Assembly (NCBI RefSeq): GCF_001194135.2
Contig: NC_068991.1
Coordinates: 32,021,923 to 32,085,922, forward strand
Source of the DNA: Octopus bimaculoides
Lineage: Eukaryota
Direction: 5' to 3'
Length of the DNA stretch: 64,000 nt
The position numbers were made by a program, and so were the translations under genes. Position 1 is the first letter of the stretch, and each line of letters starts with the position of its first letter. Below the pieces are notes generated by a model. That model was not told the origin of the DNA and searched no databases. It worked only from the letters and a program-made list of their open reading frames with translations. Positions 1 through 13,549 of the stretch are shown in pieces.

Positions 1-967
1 TCATCGTTTAACGTCNNNNNNNNNNGCAGACCACTCTCTTGGTCTACCAATTTCTACTAATTCTTGAGTAATTGGTTCTTCATCAGTTTCAATGAACAGA
101 TCAGTTGTTTGATAACTGACTTGCTCATTAGCAAGTAAGTGATTGATTATTCCATATATACATGTCTTTAGTGTAATTCTCAAAGAGAATGAGTGTAACA
201 AGACCAGACCTTTGAATTACCAATACAATTGATCTGATGGGATTTCACATAGTTTTTGTCTTCACAAGACATGACTTGACCCAAGGAATTAAACCTGAGA
301 CTTTAAATTTGCTTCACAATCACAATTCTGCTATTTTCATCACTTTTGTGGTGCTCCTACAACCAACATGCTCACATTATTGTAGCATGCTGTCATTCAC
401 CTAACCTATTGTAAGAGTGCAACTATGTCTGATTGTATTGAAAGGTCTGTAGTTCAATTCTGCTACAAATATTTCTACGTGTTTGGACAATTATTGTTCA
501 CCAAGTTAAGAAGAACATTTACTTTTTCTATGAATGCCACTGAAATTAACTGGTTGCCTATCCTATAGGACTTATTTCTCATCTGTCTGTGGTCAATTAT
601 AGAAGTAGATATATACTACCTGGGATATGAGTTAAATTTACTTGTGGACTTTTTCTGCACAATCTCTGTTTTATATTGTTTATGTTGCTGTTGGGGGAGA
701 AATACCTGAGCAGTCTGGGAATGTTGTCCGACATCTTACCTTTTCTCTCTTCCACTTCACACTATGTAACTGGTCATAAACTCTCCTTCATCAGGAGGAG
801 ATTTATGAAATTCTTTCCACACTCTGAAATTAGATCCAACCCTCATTCAGGTATACTTGGCAATGTGTGTGTGTATGATCATCATTTAATGCCTGTCTCC
901 TCCCAAATTGGCAGAGTGTATGTATGTATGTATGTATGTATGTGTATATATATATACATATATATAT

Positions 968-1354
968 CAAACCTGTTGTGGCAACTGTACACAGAATTAT
1001 TCATGAAGATCTGAACATGTGCAAAATTTGTTCCTAGGGTACTCAGTAATGAACATTCTGGTAAACAACTATTTAACAGAGATGGACATCAAAACTGTCC
1101 CTCACTCTCTCTCTATAGTCTGGACCTTGCTCTCTGTGACTTTTAGTTCCCAAAGCTAAAGGAGAACCTCTGGGCCAGTCATTTGGAAGATGGAGATTGT
1201 GACAAGGGTCTTCTTTGGAGGACTGCCATGAGGCTTTCACTAAGTGGCCAGAGCGTTACAAGTGCATTGGCGGCAGAGGATCCTACTTTGAAGGAAATTA
1301 GGAGTTTTGTACTTCTTTGAAATTATTGTCTGCTGAAAACTTCTGGAAAGACCT
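968..1354 (+). mobile_element. Internally deleted mariner fragment
   Basis: Translates to VATVHRIIHEDL, YSLDLALCDF.FPKLK and KCIGGRGSYFEG; ends in a TIR-like sequence followed by TA. Confidence 0.75.
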
Positions 1355-2281
1355 TATATATAATATATATCTGTCCATTCTGCCCAATATATTGAGTTCT
1401 ATACCAGATAATGTGAAATATATTCATATACTTTGTTACATTTACATCTGCTGTGCATTCTGTCCAACTAATGCAAGCATAGAAAACTGGATGTTAAAAC
1501 AATGATAATGTGTGTATGCTATGCTAGCAGAAAAGTAGACATAAATATCTACTATAATAATACTCTTGTGTTTTTCTCCATCACAACACATGAATGAGAA
1601 AGAAAAGAAGGGGTGATGGATGAATAAGTAAGGAAGGAGTGATGGCAAACTGGTAGTGGGAGAGTTTCAACTGTGTGTGCACATGTGTGTATGTAAAAGG
1701 GAAGTATGTGAATGTGTGTGTAATGGAAGTGGGATGGTGAACATTCAACGCTGAAAAAAAAAATCAAACAGCGTTTCAACTGTGTGAGTGTATGTGTACA
1801 AGGGAAGTATGTGAACGTTTGTATGTGTGAATCAGCGTTCTTTCAGTAACAAACGATGATCGATGTCAGAAGACAACCACTGGATAACATTGACAAGTAT
1901 ATTAATTTGATTTACCATCCATATTTATATATAAAATACTACAATTAGCCATCATTTTTGATGGCATGGGGCCAGCTAGTGATGATATAAATATGCATTC
2001 ATATTCCTTGACTCAGTTTGAAGTCAAAACTATAGAGAAATCGTATTTTGAATGTTGTTAACCACTACCATTGTTTGGTGTATGAAACCTATAGAGTAAA
2101 ACAGTAAACATTATTCTAATTTTATGCACTAGTTTAACCCTAGCTTTAACCACAAAGAACTATAGTTGCCTTCACTTTCAAAAATGTGTGCCTATCCAAC
2201 AAAAATTAGTTATAGTGTATTTGCTATCTTTTTCTTGTTTTAAAACTTTCAGTGAAATCAGTTTTTTAATAATAATTGCAG

Positions 2282-2430
2282 AATGTGCAGCAACAACAGC
2301 AGAGGAAGACAAAGAAGAACCAGTAGTAGTGAATGTTGAAAGTAATCAAGTTGCAGCTAATGCAGAATCTTCACTTATCAGGGACACCAAGAAGGGTTCT
2401 GTCACCACCCAACAATCATATAAAGGATAG
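2282..2430 (+). CDS. Probable terminal coding exon of an unidentified convergent gene (ECAATTAEEDKEEPVVVNVESNQVAANAESSLIRDTKKGSVTTQQSYKG-stop)
   Basis: Acceptor ttgcag at 2280-2281 (alternative tttcag at 2251-2252); open acidic reading frame to TAG; transposon-free AT-rich tail with AATAAA at 3232-3237. Confidence 0.5.
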
Positions 2431-4320
2431 GGTGTGTGTCAAGAATAATGAAATTTAAGAAACACAATAACAACACTAATTAATTTGAAATATGGTAAAG
2501 CAGTCTTTGAGAAAATATTTGGGGTTGTTCAGCCATCATATTGGTGGTGGTGTTTTGGTGTGGCAGCATATATAAAATGAGTTACAATTTTGTTTGTTTG
2601 TTTATTGTTTTCTTAATGTATTTGTTTGCCTTTCAAATTTCGACATGAATTAACTGCATTACATTTACCTAAACCTCCTTGGGTGGAATGACCATTGGTT
2701 TTAATTTTATGTCTCTGCTGCTGATTCCTAAGTTACACTAGTTCATTAAATCAATAATAATGTCTTAACATAGGTGTGCGTAATCAGAGCAGACTCAGAG
2801 CTCAACAACACACATAGGTGGCCTTCTGCCACCAATGTGTTGTTGACTGAAACAAGGTGAATCAGTATCAAGAGCTAAGTATATCGACACAGACAATAGT
2901 CTTCTGACACTGATGTTTAAACAATTATTATATGCAGTAATATTTGTAAGGGGTCCACTACACTCAAGTGGATGTGATATATTGAACCCAGAGAGAGTTT
3001 AAAGTGGCTTCAAGATCATTACTAGATCAATTTCCGATCACATGTTTTTAAGTTGGGGCTTTACCTACCATGACTAACAAATGTTCACAGCAAGACACTG
3101 TGTTTACAAGTAATAATGTCACATGCTTGTGTGATAGGTTGTAATTAAATTTGATAACTTTTTGTCAAATATATAATTAATCTTGGAGGGATTTTATTTT
3201 GGGGTTTTCAGTTTATTTGGAATGAAATTTAAATAAAAATTAAAGATTAAAAGAAAAATATAAAATTTCATATTTGAGTTTTTTTACTTTGAAAATGTTT
3301 TCTTGTCTTTATAAATTTCTGTCTAGCTTGTCCATGCAAAAAAAGAAAAAAAGAAAAAGACATTAATATGAAGATCACATTGGCTTTTACAAAGTTATGA
3401 GATGAGTAATTTTTAAAGCAGCTGGGACATTGAAATACAAATATTAAAAACTAACTTTTAATGGGTATGTTAACCACAATGCCACTGGCTTTTACAGGGT
3501 CCCAACCCCTTCTTATCAAAACCAATAAGTGCTGTTAAGTAGAAGAAAGGTTTTGATTTCACGAATGTAGTTTGCTATCTATACTGGGTTCAAATCCATC
3601 AACAGACCATTTATAGTTGTCTTTAAGAAACTATTCCTTTATGAAAACTTTGTGAACAAATCCTAAAACGAGTAGCATCACTATGATTTCAAATTTCCTT
3701 GTCATGTGTTGCTAAGTAAGCCTCATCAGCCATTAAGTTGTTAGGGACAATGCTAAATACTTTTAGACAGTTTCAATAGTTTAAATCAGAAAAATTTAAC
3801 TGGTTAGAACTTGCTCACCAAGTTATATAAACAATGACATTTTTAAAAATTTCTATTTCTTTTATTTTACGTATAGTACAAAACACTTGCCAAAGTGTCT
3901 TCTACTATGTAGCACATAAGTATTCATGTGTGTAAACCCTTATCCTGACATGATGGGATGGTTTATTCACAACCATCCCATCATGAAGTGATGTCAATTT
4001 CCAGTCTTCCATAGAAAAATATGCCTGGCTTTGGGAAATATTACTTTGCTTGTAAAAGGTGAATTTTGGCAACAGGAAGGGCACCTGGCTGTAGAAAACC
4101 TGTCTCAACAGATACTAGTTTATCCAAGCAAGCATGGAACAGTGAACATGCAATGATTTGATGACTAATAATAAAGCTAGATAGCTGCCAGTGTTGGTTA
4201 TTTACTGCAAATATCAAGGAAGCTTTAGAGATGATGATCATGGTTAGAATGCCTTTATTTAAAATATGTTGATTGGATTATAGCTGATATTACAGCTATT
4301 TTATTAATACTAATGTGGTA

Positions 4321-4534
4321 AAGGCAATGAGTTGGCAGAACCATTAACAAGCTGGGCAAAACGCTTTGTGGCATTTCAGCCATTTTTACGTTCTGTGTTT
4401 AAATTCTGCTGAGGTCAACTTTGCCTTTCCTCTTTTTGGGGTCAATAAAATAAGTACCAGTTGGGCACTGGGGTTGATATAATTAACTTACCCCATCCCT
4501 TGAACTTGCTAGCCTTGAGCCAAGATTTGAAACC
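4321..4534 (+). mobile_element. SINE of the same family as 30313-30527 (further copies near 22370-22560, 23440-23560, 41290-41460, 41850-41990, 49255-49410, 62530-62650)
   Basis: Shared aggcaatgagttggcagaa head and ttgcctttc...gtcaataaaataagtaccag domain. Confidence 0.8.
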
Positions 4535-4869
4535 ATTACTGAGGTAGTGGTTTGGTAGCATTGTTACAGCATTGGACAAAATGCTTTGTGTCAGTTCTGT
4601 TTATTCTTTATGTTCTGAAGTGAAAGTACTGGGGGTGGACTTCATGGTATTAATACTATGCCAGAATCAGTGTTAGACAAAATGCACTGCAATATTTGTT
4701 CCAGTTCTTCATGGTCTCAGTTCAAATCTTGCTGAAGATAATTTTTGCCTGTCATCTCTTTGGGGCTAATAAAATACTAGCCACATACTGAGGTCAAGTT
4801 ATTCAGTTAACTTGTCCCTTGAATTTCTGGCCATGTACTTGACTAACAGAATCATTAGAATGTACAGCA

Positions 4870-5100
4870 ACTTGATCTTTGTATCTCCTTCACTGTGGAT
4901 TGAAGCAGATGGCAGACCATCTGCCATCAAGCTTGTGAAACCAGTGAGACAAGGCATTGTCAGTGGTTTAATGAGTGCTTAACAAGACTTGCTGCTGCTA
5001 CATCACCTCTAACGTCCAGCTCTTTGCTTCCCTGTCCAACCTGTGGAAGACTCTGCTGCTCAGCTTTTGGTCTCTATTCACCAAATGTGTTTGGCACCAA
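4870..5100 (+). mobile_element. Old RTE-like LINE C-terminal fragment
   Basis: LPCPTCGRLCCSAFGLYS resembles the terminal C2H2-like motif of RTE ORFs. Confidence 0.5.
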
Positions 5101-5619
5101 CTTGATGGAATGTCATCTTCCTTGGAGCCAAGGGACCTCCAAGAATGTACTGTGGAAGAAAGGTGAGAAGCTGTTTATGTTGGGTCACAACTGTATGAGA
5201 CAAGCTGCCAGGTCATACTTTTGAGAGACAACTAAGCTTTCACTCCTCACCAGCCAACACTCCACTCAATATCATCAGGAATATTTTCTTGGCAGTGGAC
5301 TTTCTATTTTTTGGTGTCTCTCACCATAACATTGACAATAGCTCCCATCAAACTATAAATTAACCCAGACTGGCAATTAAAATGTGACATTCACAACACC
5401 ATTAGTTCTATGGAACTACCATTATGTCATTTTGCAATCTCTCCATAGTTGCGTGACATGTAAAAATGCAAAATCAGCCAAATTTCCCTTGTTTCACACT
5501 ACATCATCTTAAGGAAATGGAGCATCAGATAATGTAGTTGCCTCTTAAAGAGAGGATTGATGATATTCATTGGAATTAAAGTGACACACTGAAAAAAAAC
5601 CCCAAAAAACAACAAAAGC

Positions 5620-8600
5620 ATCAGTCAAGTTTGGTTTAATTTCCTTTATTAGCAATATTCATTCTTTTACTCCAGCTTTAGCCATTGAATTCTTATGTGT
5701 GGAATTTCTAACGTTCAAAATGTAAAATTTTATCAATTTTTTTGTTTTAAATTATAAGTTTCTCTACACAAATTGACGACAACAGGCAATGCAATAACAA
5801 GGGTCTTCTTATCACCTCTGGCACTTAATTCCCACCCTTTTAAGATATTGTAATATTCATGATGTCCTTAATATAATACACAACTGAAATATATCAGTAA
5901 ATATATATATATATCTATTTATGTATGTATATATATATATATATATATATACACACAGTAAATATATGTATTTATATACACAACTACAACCCACTCCCAA
6001 CAAAATTTACTAACAGTTTTCAAACCCCATATTTTACCATAATGGAAATAATATTTCACAAGCCACAATTTTAAAATTGGAAAAAAAATTGTGATCCAAA
6101 GTGCAATTATTTATAACAGAAACAAATTGGGAGAGGGGTCAAAAAGGATAATTCTATAGTTGCAAATAAGGAATTTTCTGCTGATACCACTACATGAGAT
6201 AATTCCAACAGTGGTGGCCATTTGCAAAATGTATTGAAGATATACACATGACTGATGTTGTAGTAAAGGTTGAAAAAAGCCACAACAGGTGAGCAAACAA
6301 AGCTCATCTATTGACAAAATCAAAATAATATAATGTTGGCAATCATTATATAACAACCTGTTAGAAATAGATAAGCTGAAGACAACAAAATATTTGAACA
6401 ATATAGTTAATACACTTTACAATTGTCTTTGCAAGTCTAGTGACAGACATTGCAGCTTAAAAACAACAACAATACCACAGTACACTTAGCTGAAGCAGAA
6501 TGGAATAATAAACAAAACAAGCCATTATCATTTGGTGTTATTGATATTCATTTTTAACTGATGGCTATATTATATATATACATTGGTATAAAGAGTATGG
6601 CTAAATGCTGCTTTAAACTCACACTCTGCAATGTTTCAAAGTTGCCCAAACAATCACTAAGCATGTATATTTGAATAGTGACCAGAATCTCAGTTGAAAT
6701 ATGTATAAATAAACTCCATGCCATGTATTGGGTACTACCTTCCTTTTTTGTTTACAAACTGCAACATTGTGTGTGTGGCTAGGTTTATAGTCTCCTACAC
6801 ACACTGACTGACTGACCGACCAAGTGATAAAGAAATAAATGTGGTCACCATTACATAAATATATAAGTGTTATAGCTTAGAGTAGTTATAATAAAAATAA
6901 GATCTATTATATAATTTTTGATTTTCAAGGAAGAAATAAGACTCAACAATAACAAAACAATCAGTCAAATTCATGAAAGCTGTAGGGGGAGGGGGATTTT
7001 TTTTTTTTTTGCTTCTTGTCATAGGAAATTTAAATTTTGCAAATTATACAAATATAATCATAGTTTAAATAGTTTTTTTTTTTATTTATAGAATTTTATG
7101 TTTTTCACAAAAGGTAAACAGAAGTGTTGATTACAAAGGTTATTTTTAATCAAAAACATGCTAACGAATTTGTATGCGTGTATGTGAGTGTTCACACATT
7201 TGTACATATGTAAATGTTCAGTCAACCTAATATTAATAATATAGACTTATCACTATTATGGTGGTGGTGGTGATGTTGGCAGCGGTGGTGGCAGTAGTAA
7301 CAACTGTAATGAGCAGTCACTAGTAAAATTAGTATACCAAAGCAAGACCTGTGGCAAAAGTATATACATATATAAATAAATACACACACACACACACATA
7401 TATATATATACCATACTGTAAAAGACAGCAACATGACAAGTGTAGTATCATAAACTACACACAGGTAGATAATTTTTTTTTTGTTTTGGATTATATTCTT
7501 TGCATGATATTCATACAATGATTAAACTTGAGAGAGAAGTTGGATAAAATTAATGAGTTTTTTTTTAATATCTTGAGGATGTGTGCAATGTAACAGTATT
7601 TCTAATTATATAGTAGGTTTAATTACAAACTTAGTGTTACCTAGAAAACTATAAATGTTTATGAAAAAGAAAATGAAGAAATACTTGCAAGAAAGTGAGA
7701 GAGAGAGAGATGGGGGTAAAGAGGAGGAAAAAGAATTACCAAACATTTTTTACTGTGATTGCAAGAACACCATCATTGCAAAGAATTAGGATCAATTATT
7801 ATTTAGTTCCAGTGACTTAATAACAGTACACTTGGATATAACAAATTATATGTATAAAAAAAAGGGGGGGGGGCAGGTTAATTGAAGGGCCACAAAATTG
7901 AGAGCAAGATGTGAAGCCAAAGTGGAAAATAAATTAATACTATACAAATAAATAACAGTGTGAATATTTATATATANNNNNNNNNNNNNATATATATATA
8001 TATATAGTCACGTATATATGTATAAGATAAAATCTTTATTTTAAAAAAGGAACGAAACTTTAATCCACATTCTGTGCAGGGTGATATGAATATGAATAAA
8101 GGATTATAACCGTAAATTGTGATTTGTAAGAAACAGTTACAGAAAGGAAGATGGTGAAGGCATTAATGTCAAGTATTTATTCCAATTCTCTTTAATTGCT
8201 AGGATGTCTAACAAAAAAGTCTCTGCCTAGATATACAACATTTGGTGTTTGGGTTTTCAAAGTATTGTTATTCATAACCTAATTAATAATAATAATTATA
8301 GATAGGTGAGCCAAGTGACGAAACAGTTTATTTTGCACAGACAAGATTTCTGTCTAGGGGCACCACCAATTCTGATAATTCTTGAGAAAGAAAAAGTGAA
8401 AAAGTGAGAGAAAGAGAAAACTGGATTAAAATATTTTGAACAGAATCAACAACACAGTCTTGAGAAGAATTGTGTGTGTGTATGTATGTATGTATATATA
8501 TATATGTGTGTGTGTGTTTGTGTATGAGTGTAAAACGAGTAGTTTATTTTTTTCTCTTTTTTTGAAATGAGAAAAATGATAAAAAAAAAAATTTAAAAGA

Positions 8601-8778
8601 AAATTTAACAAGGATTTATTTTGACAGTTTTGTATTTCAATAATTCTTTGCTGCTGTTGTTGTTTAAAAGAAGAAAATTGTTGATGTTTTCTTGGCCAAA
8701 CACTCACATATTAGCATGGAACATAGAGTTGCTGAGATCTTCAACAGATTAACAGAAGCTTTAAGAAAAACAGTTGCT
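5620..8778 (-). other. Probable long RTN 3'UTR
   Basis: AT-rich and free of recognisable transposons from the stop codon to an AATAAA (minus strand, 5650-5645) followed by a U/GU-rich tract (about 5610-5590). The end point is inferred. Confidence 0.45.
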
Positions 8779-8827
8779 TTACTGAGCTTTGGCCTTCTTT
8801 TTCAGGAATGGCAACTTGGATTGGACC
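8779..8827 (-). CDS. RTN: Reticulon terminal coding exon: VQSKLPFLKKKAKAQ-stop (KxKxx ER-retrieval-type tail)
   Basis: tcttgcacag|G acceptor; phase matches the CA| of the previous exon; resembles the IQAKIPG.K.K terminus of reticulons; TAA at 8781-8779. Confidence 0.93.
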
Positions 8828-9734
8828 CTGTGCAAGATAAATGGTAAACAAAAACGTTGTATTTACAGATAACAAAATTGTATAGATGTGAAAATGTAGG
8901 CCAATCTAGTCAAAACTGAAAACCCTCTTAGCTATAACAATATACATTAATATTATCACACACACACATTAACTGCTATTTCTTACACAAGCGCAAGAAA
9001 TGAAAAGTGAGAATTTTCAAGCTCTCCTTTGGTCATTATGTGTTATAAAAACAACTGTTCCTTGACTACTCCCATGCAAATATATTGTATTCACACTGGG
9101 CATTTTTGTGTGGCTAAGAAGTTCATTTTCAACCATGTAGTTTCAAGTTCAGTTCTACTGCGAGGTATTGTGGGAAAATGCCCTCTACAGTGAATACAAC
9201 ATGGGCTTCTTTCAGTTTCTGTCTACTATATCCCTCACAAAACTTTGGTTGAACCAAGGTTATAGAAGGCACATGCCCAAGGTGTCATACAGTGGGGCTG
9301 AACCCAGAACAATGTGGTTGGGCAGCAAGCTTCTTACCATACAAACAAATCCACATGTTCATAAAGCTCCAGGTCAGCTGTGATTCAGTAAGAAACTAAC
9401 AATAGTCTACGCAGGCATAAAATAACATTTGTAAAATAAGCTAAGTTTAAACAAAGTGGAGGCTTGTGAGAGGGATCTCCTTAGAAAATAGTCAAAATCA
9501 AAACCTTCAAAGAAGAACCATGGCTAAAACATTAAAATTCTTGTCTTCCTGGACAAACTTATCTTATTTTACACACACACACACTCCCAGTAGTGTGGAT
9601 TGATCAGGTCTGCTATACAGCATCTTTTCATACATCTTAAGCCTACAGCATCTTAACTGAGATTCAACTTTCAAATGTTTGATCTAATAACATCTTTCAA
9701 AATTTTTAACTTCCTATACATCACCTACACTTTA

Positions 9735-10963
9735 TGAGGGGTGTTCATTAAAAATTTCCCCTGACTCACTTCGGTTATTGCAGGAAACAAAACTTGTACA
9801 GGTATATTCAAACATGTCTCTACATGTCATATGAATTGCAGCTTTCCACTAGTATCTGTTTGTCTTTTACGGCTGCTGAAGTGGACTAAGGTGTTATAAT
9901 GGAGGCAGTTGAATGCAGATCAGTGATCAGGTTCTTATTCTTGACAAGTTGTACACCAAAAGAGACTTTCAATGAGATGAAAGAAGTTTATGGTGACGAT
10001 GCGTCACCAACTCAAATGTGGTTGAACATCGGTGGAAACTGTTCCTATTCCACCACTGATAATGACACCATCCATAAAGTGGAAGTCGCTATTTTGGAGG
10101 ATCATTCGGCAACTATCCCAGGAAGTGAAGATAAGTGTAGGGTCCATAGAGAAAGTCATTCACGACCATTTGCGCATACAGAAGTTGGCTGTACGATGGA
10201 TTACCCAGATGCTCACACCTTTAGAGAAGCAGGAATGAGTCAATTACTCTTAGGCTCTTTAGGCGATGTGTCGAGAAAATGAGGAGAACTTTTTTGGCAG
10301 ACTTATCACACAGGATGAAACATGGGTCCATCACTACAATCCTGAGGCTAAAGTCCAACTGAAGCAATGGAAGCATGATAACTCACCACCTCCAAAGAAG
10401 GCTTATGTCCAACCCTCAGCAGGCAAGGTGATGCTCAGTCTTTTGGGGCTAGTGCAGAGTAGTGATGATGGATTTTCTGGCAAAGGGCAGCACACTTAAC
10501 AGAGCATATTATGCTTCTCTGCTGCAGAAATTGCGGGACACCATCAAAGCAGAGAGGCATGGCATGCTGTTCAAAGGAGTTCACCTCCTCCAAGACAACA
10601 TCCCAGTTTACAATGCGCATGTTGCCCAGATGAGAGCACACTCCTGCAACTATGAAATTTTTCTTCATCCCCTTCACTCTCCTGATTTCACACCATCTAA
10701 CTCCTACCTCTTTCCAGCCATGAAGTTGGTTTTGAAGGGGAAGCACTTTTCAGATGATGAACTGATTTCTGAGGTAAAGTCTTGACTCCAGATGCAACCT
10801 ACCAGCTTCTACAGACGAGGTCTTCACAGCTATATAAACTGATGGGAGAAGTGTGTCACCATTGGTGGTAGCTATGTAGAGAAGGACCAATAATTATGCC
10901 AAGTTTCGTTTATCCCAAACTTTGGGAAGTGGGTTAAGGGAAATCTTTAATGAACACTCCTCG
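9735..10963 (+). mobile_element. Near full-length mariner transposon, frameshifted (transposase remnant 9899 to about 10890)
   Basis: TIRs TGAGGGGTGTTCATTAAAAATTTCCC / revcomp CGAGGAGTGTTCATTAAAGATTTCCC flanked by TA; motifs ITQDETWVHHY, LLQDN and HSPDFTPSN (third catalytic D appears as N); several frameshifts. Confidence 0.95.
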
Positions 10964-12964
10964 TATTGCTCTTGTGAATTGTACATCATCTATGAGAACA
11001 TTATTTCATGCATTACTCCCTTTTAAATAAATACTTCACACAATAGTTAGTATACTTACCAAAACTCTAGAAAGAGAAATTGGTGTAAAAATTAATGTAG
11101 AATATAGGGGCATGTAGTATATTAATGGGGAACATAAGGACAAATAGAGTTAATGTTGAATAAAGGGACAAGTAGCATTAATATAGAATATAGGGATATG
11201 TACAGCAGTTAATGACACCACAGCCAACAAATCTTACAACAAATGTCAATTGTGAGGGAATAAAAACATTTTGAATTTGTTAACACTGAGAAGTTGTCTT
11301 GTGAAAGATGTTAATGTTGGTAATGAGAACATATGGTGGAGGAGAAGAACTATTGTTTCACTGTATAAAAAGTAATATATCTGAAGAAAGGATGGAGTTA
11401 GGAGTTGTGGGTCAATGTCGGTTGTACAGATATGATCAGACAGTTCAGTAATAATTATTCCTGTCTAGGACTACAATATTTATTTTGCTCTTTCCATTTT
11501 TAAGATGGTGGATGTAATCTTAGTGAGATTTAGTTGCTACTTGTAGCAGATCAAATGAACATACACAGGTTGGATTGTTTAGCCTTGGTCAAACTGAATT
11601 GAGAATATGTATCAGACACGCTTACTGTGACTATCCTATCTTGAGAGACAGAACAACTTATCTTCTTCAAGATAAAGAGGTGTGATTTAAAGGCGATTTG
11701 GCTGCTATTTCTAGCAGATTGAGTTACTTAAAGTAATGAACAAGATAACTAAGGTCACATGACAACTTTTAATGAATCTTCAGCCATTTGGAAACAAAAG
11801 GATTCCATGCAGAAGTGTGATGTTGAATGATAGGAAGCTGTATGATTGGTTGGAAGGAAGGAAGTTGAATATACTTGTTTGGTTGTGCAATATTAAATAA
11901 TTTAGTGGACAGAAAATAACAGAGGTAAAAAAAAAAAAAAAAAATGGAAGAGAAACATCAAGACAGGTTTGGGAAGAAATATTAAAACAATTATGAATCT
12001 TGATTATCTAAATTAATGAAAAATTGTTGATAAAATTATAATTTTTCTAACTTTAGAGATCAAGGGTGTTTTAATATTTACATTACAGTTCAATCAGTTT
12101 GATCTGATTGAAATGTAATGCAGATGAAAATACTGAAAAATCTTTCAATAGTCTTAAAAATTAACTTAGAATTTAACTTTTGTTAATAAACAATTTAAAG
12201 AAAAGAAAGAAATAACCCAGCCACCAACCACCTCCTCATGTACTTTTGCTTTTATTATAAAAGATTAAATAAAAAAAGAAGCAAACTAAATAGAAAGACC
12301 AATGAATAGAAGAACAAGGAAAAATTATGAAAATTATTGGTTTATGGTCATTGTTTGTGTTGGACAACATAAATTAAGACACTAATTACATTAGGTAATG
12401 AAGGATTCACAATCTAACTATTTTACATATACATGCTCATATTCTTAATTAACTCAATACAAGTCAGAAGAATAGAAAAGTGAAAGTTAATCTAACATTG
12501 CAGTTAGCTCTAGTTACAAAAGTAGGCTAAGAAAGTTTCAGTGACTTTCTGATTAAGGCCAACCCTGTCTTTTCTTATTGACAAATGACAGTAGTGCAGA
12601 GGAGTTTGTAGTCAAGAATTTGACTATGTCAAGTCTTTCAGGTTTATAGTAACACTTTGCCCTATTTCAGAAGCATGAAACAAGAATTCTTCAGGTTTAA
12701 ACAGAGCTCTATTACCATTTACTGGATTGTTAACAGGCATACATTGACTGAAACACAAATATGTTCACTCTTTTAAACTATGTTATATTGAAACAAGAGA
12801 GTCTAAATCATTAAAACTATGTAAAAATTCTAATAAAAGCAATTATGTAACAATCAATACTCCATAATCACTCAATAATTTTGGGAGTGAGTCAATAATG
12901 GAGTACCAAAGTGGTTGCTTAACCCGCTAGAAATAGCAGCTAAATCCCTTTCAAAGTATACACT

Positions 12965-13290
12965 CTCGACTCCGTCAGTCGTGATTGACTATGGGTGCAT
13001 CTAAGAGGTTCCTCTCCAAGGTACAAGTCTGAGTGGAAAATTGCCTCACCGGTGAACACAACCTTGGGTTGTTTTTATGGAAGACCAGCAGTTGCCCATG
13101 CATACCAACCACCCCTCTCCATGCCACTGATGTTATCCAAGGGAAAGGCAAAGGCCGATACAGCTTGGCACCAGTGACGTTGCAACTCATTTCTGTGGCT
13201 GAGTGAACAGGAGCAACGTGTCTTGTTCAAGAACACAACACACAGCCTGGTCCAGGAATCAAACTCACAACTTCACGATTGTAAGCTCAT
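12965..13290 (-). mobile_element. tRNA-derived SINE, different family
   Basis: Minus strand has a gagtttgattcc B-box-like motif, a ttgaacaagacac core-like segment and a LINE-like 3' part. Confidence 0.6.
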
Positions 13291-13549
13291 CTTTAAAAAA
13301 GAGGAATATATTAGATAAGTGAGTTTTCAACCATTTTTTACCTATGGACTCCTTTGATCATTATTTTATTCTGGTTGACCCCCATGGCCATTTTATGTTT
13401 AAAAACCATTTTATTGATACTTCTTTCAAAATTTCTATTTTGCTTTTCACCCATTCACTTGTGTTGGTTTGCAATAGCACCCACTGAAAGAACATGTTTC
13501 AGTGGTTGGAAACATGTTAAAATATGTAAAACATTAGAGAAAGAAACAT

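Noticed and set aside
3695-3740. CTGATGA motifs at about 3723-3729 (minus), 38139 (plus) and hammerhead-like remnants at about 46715-46755
   Set aside because: GAAA and the stems cannot be completed without several assumed mutations.
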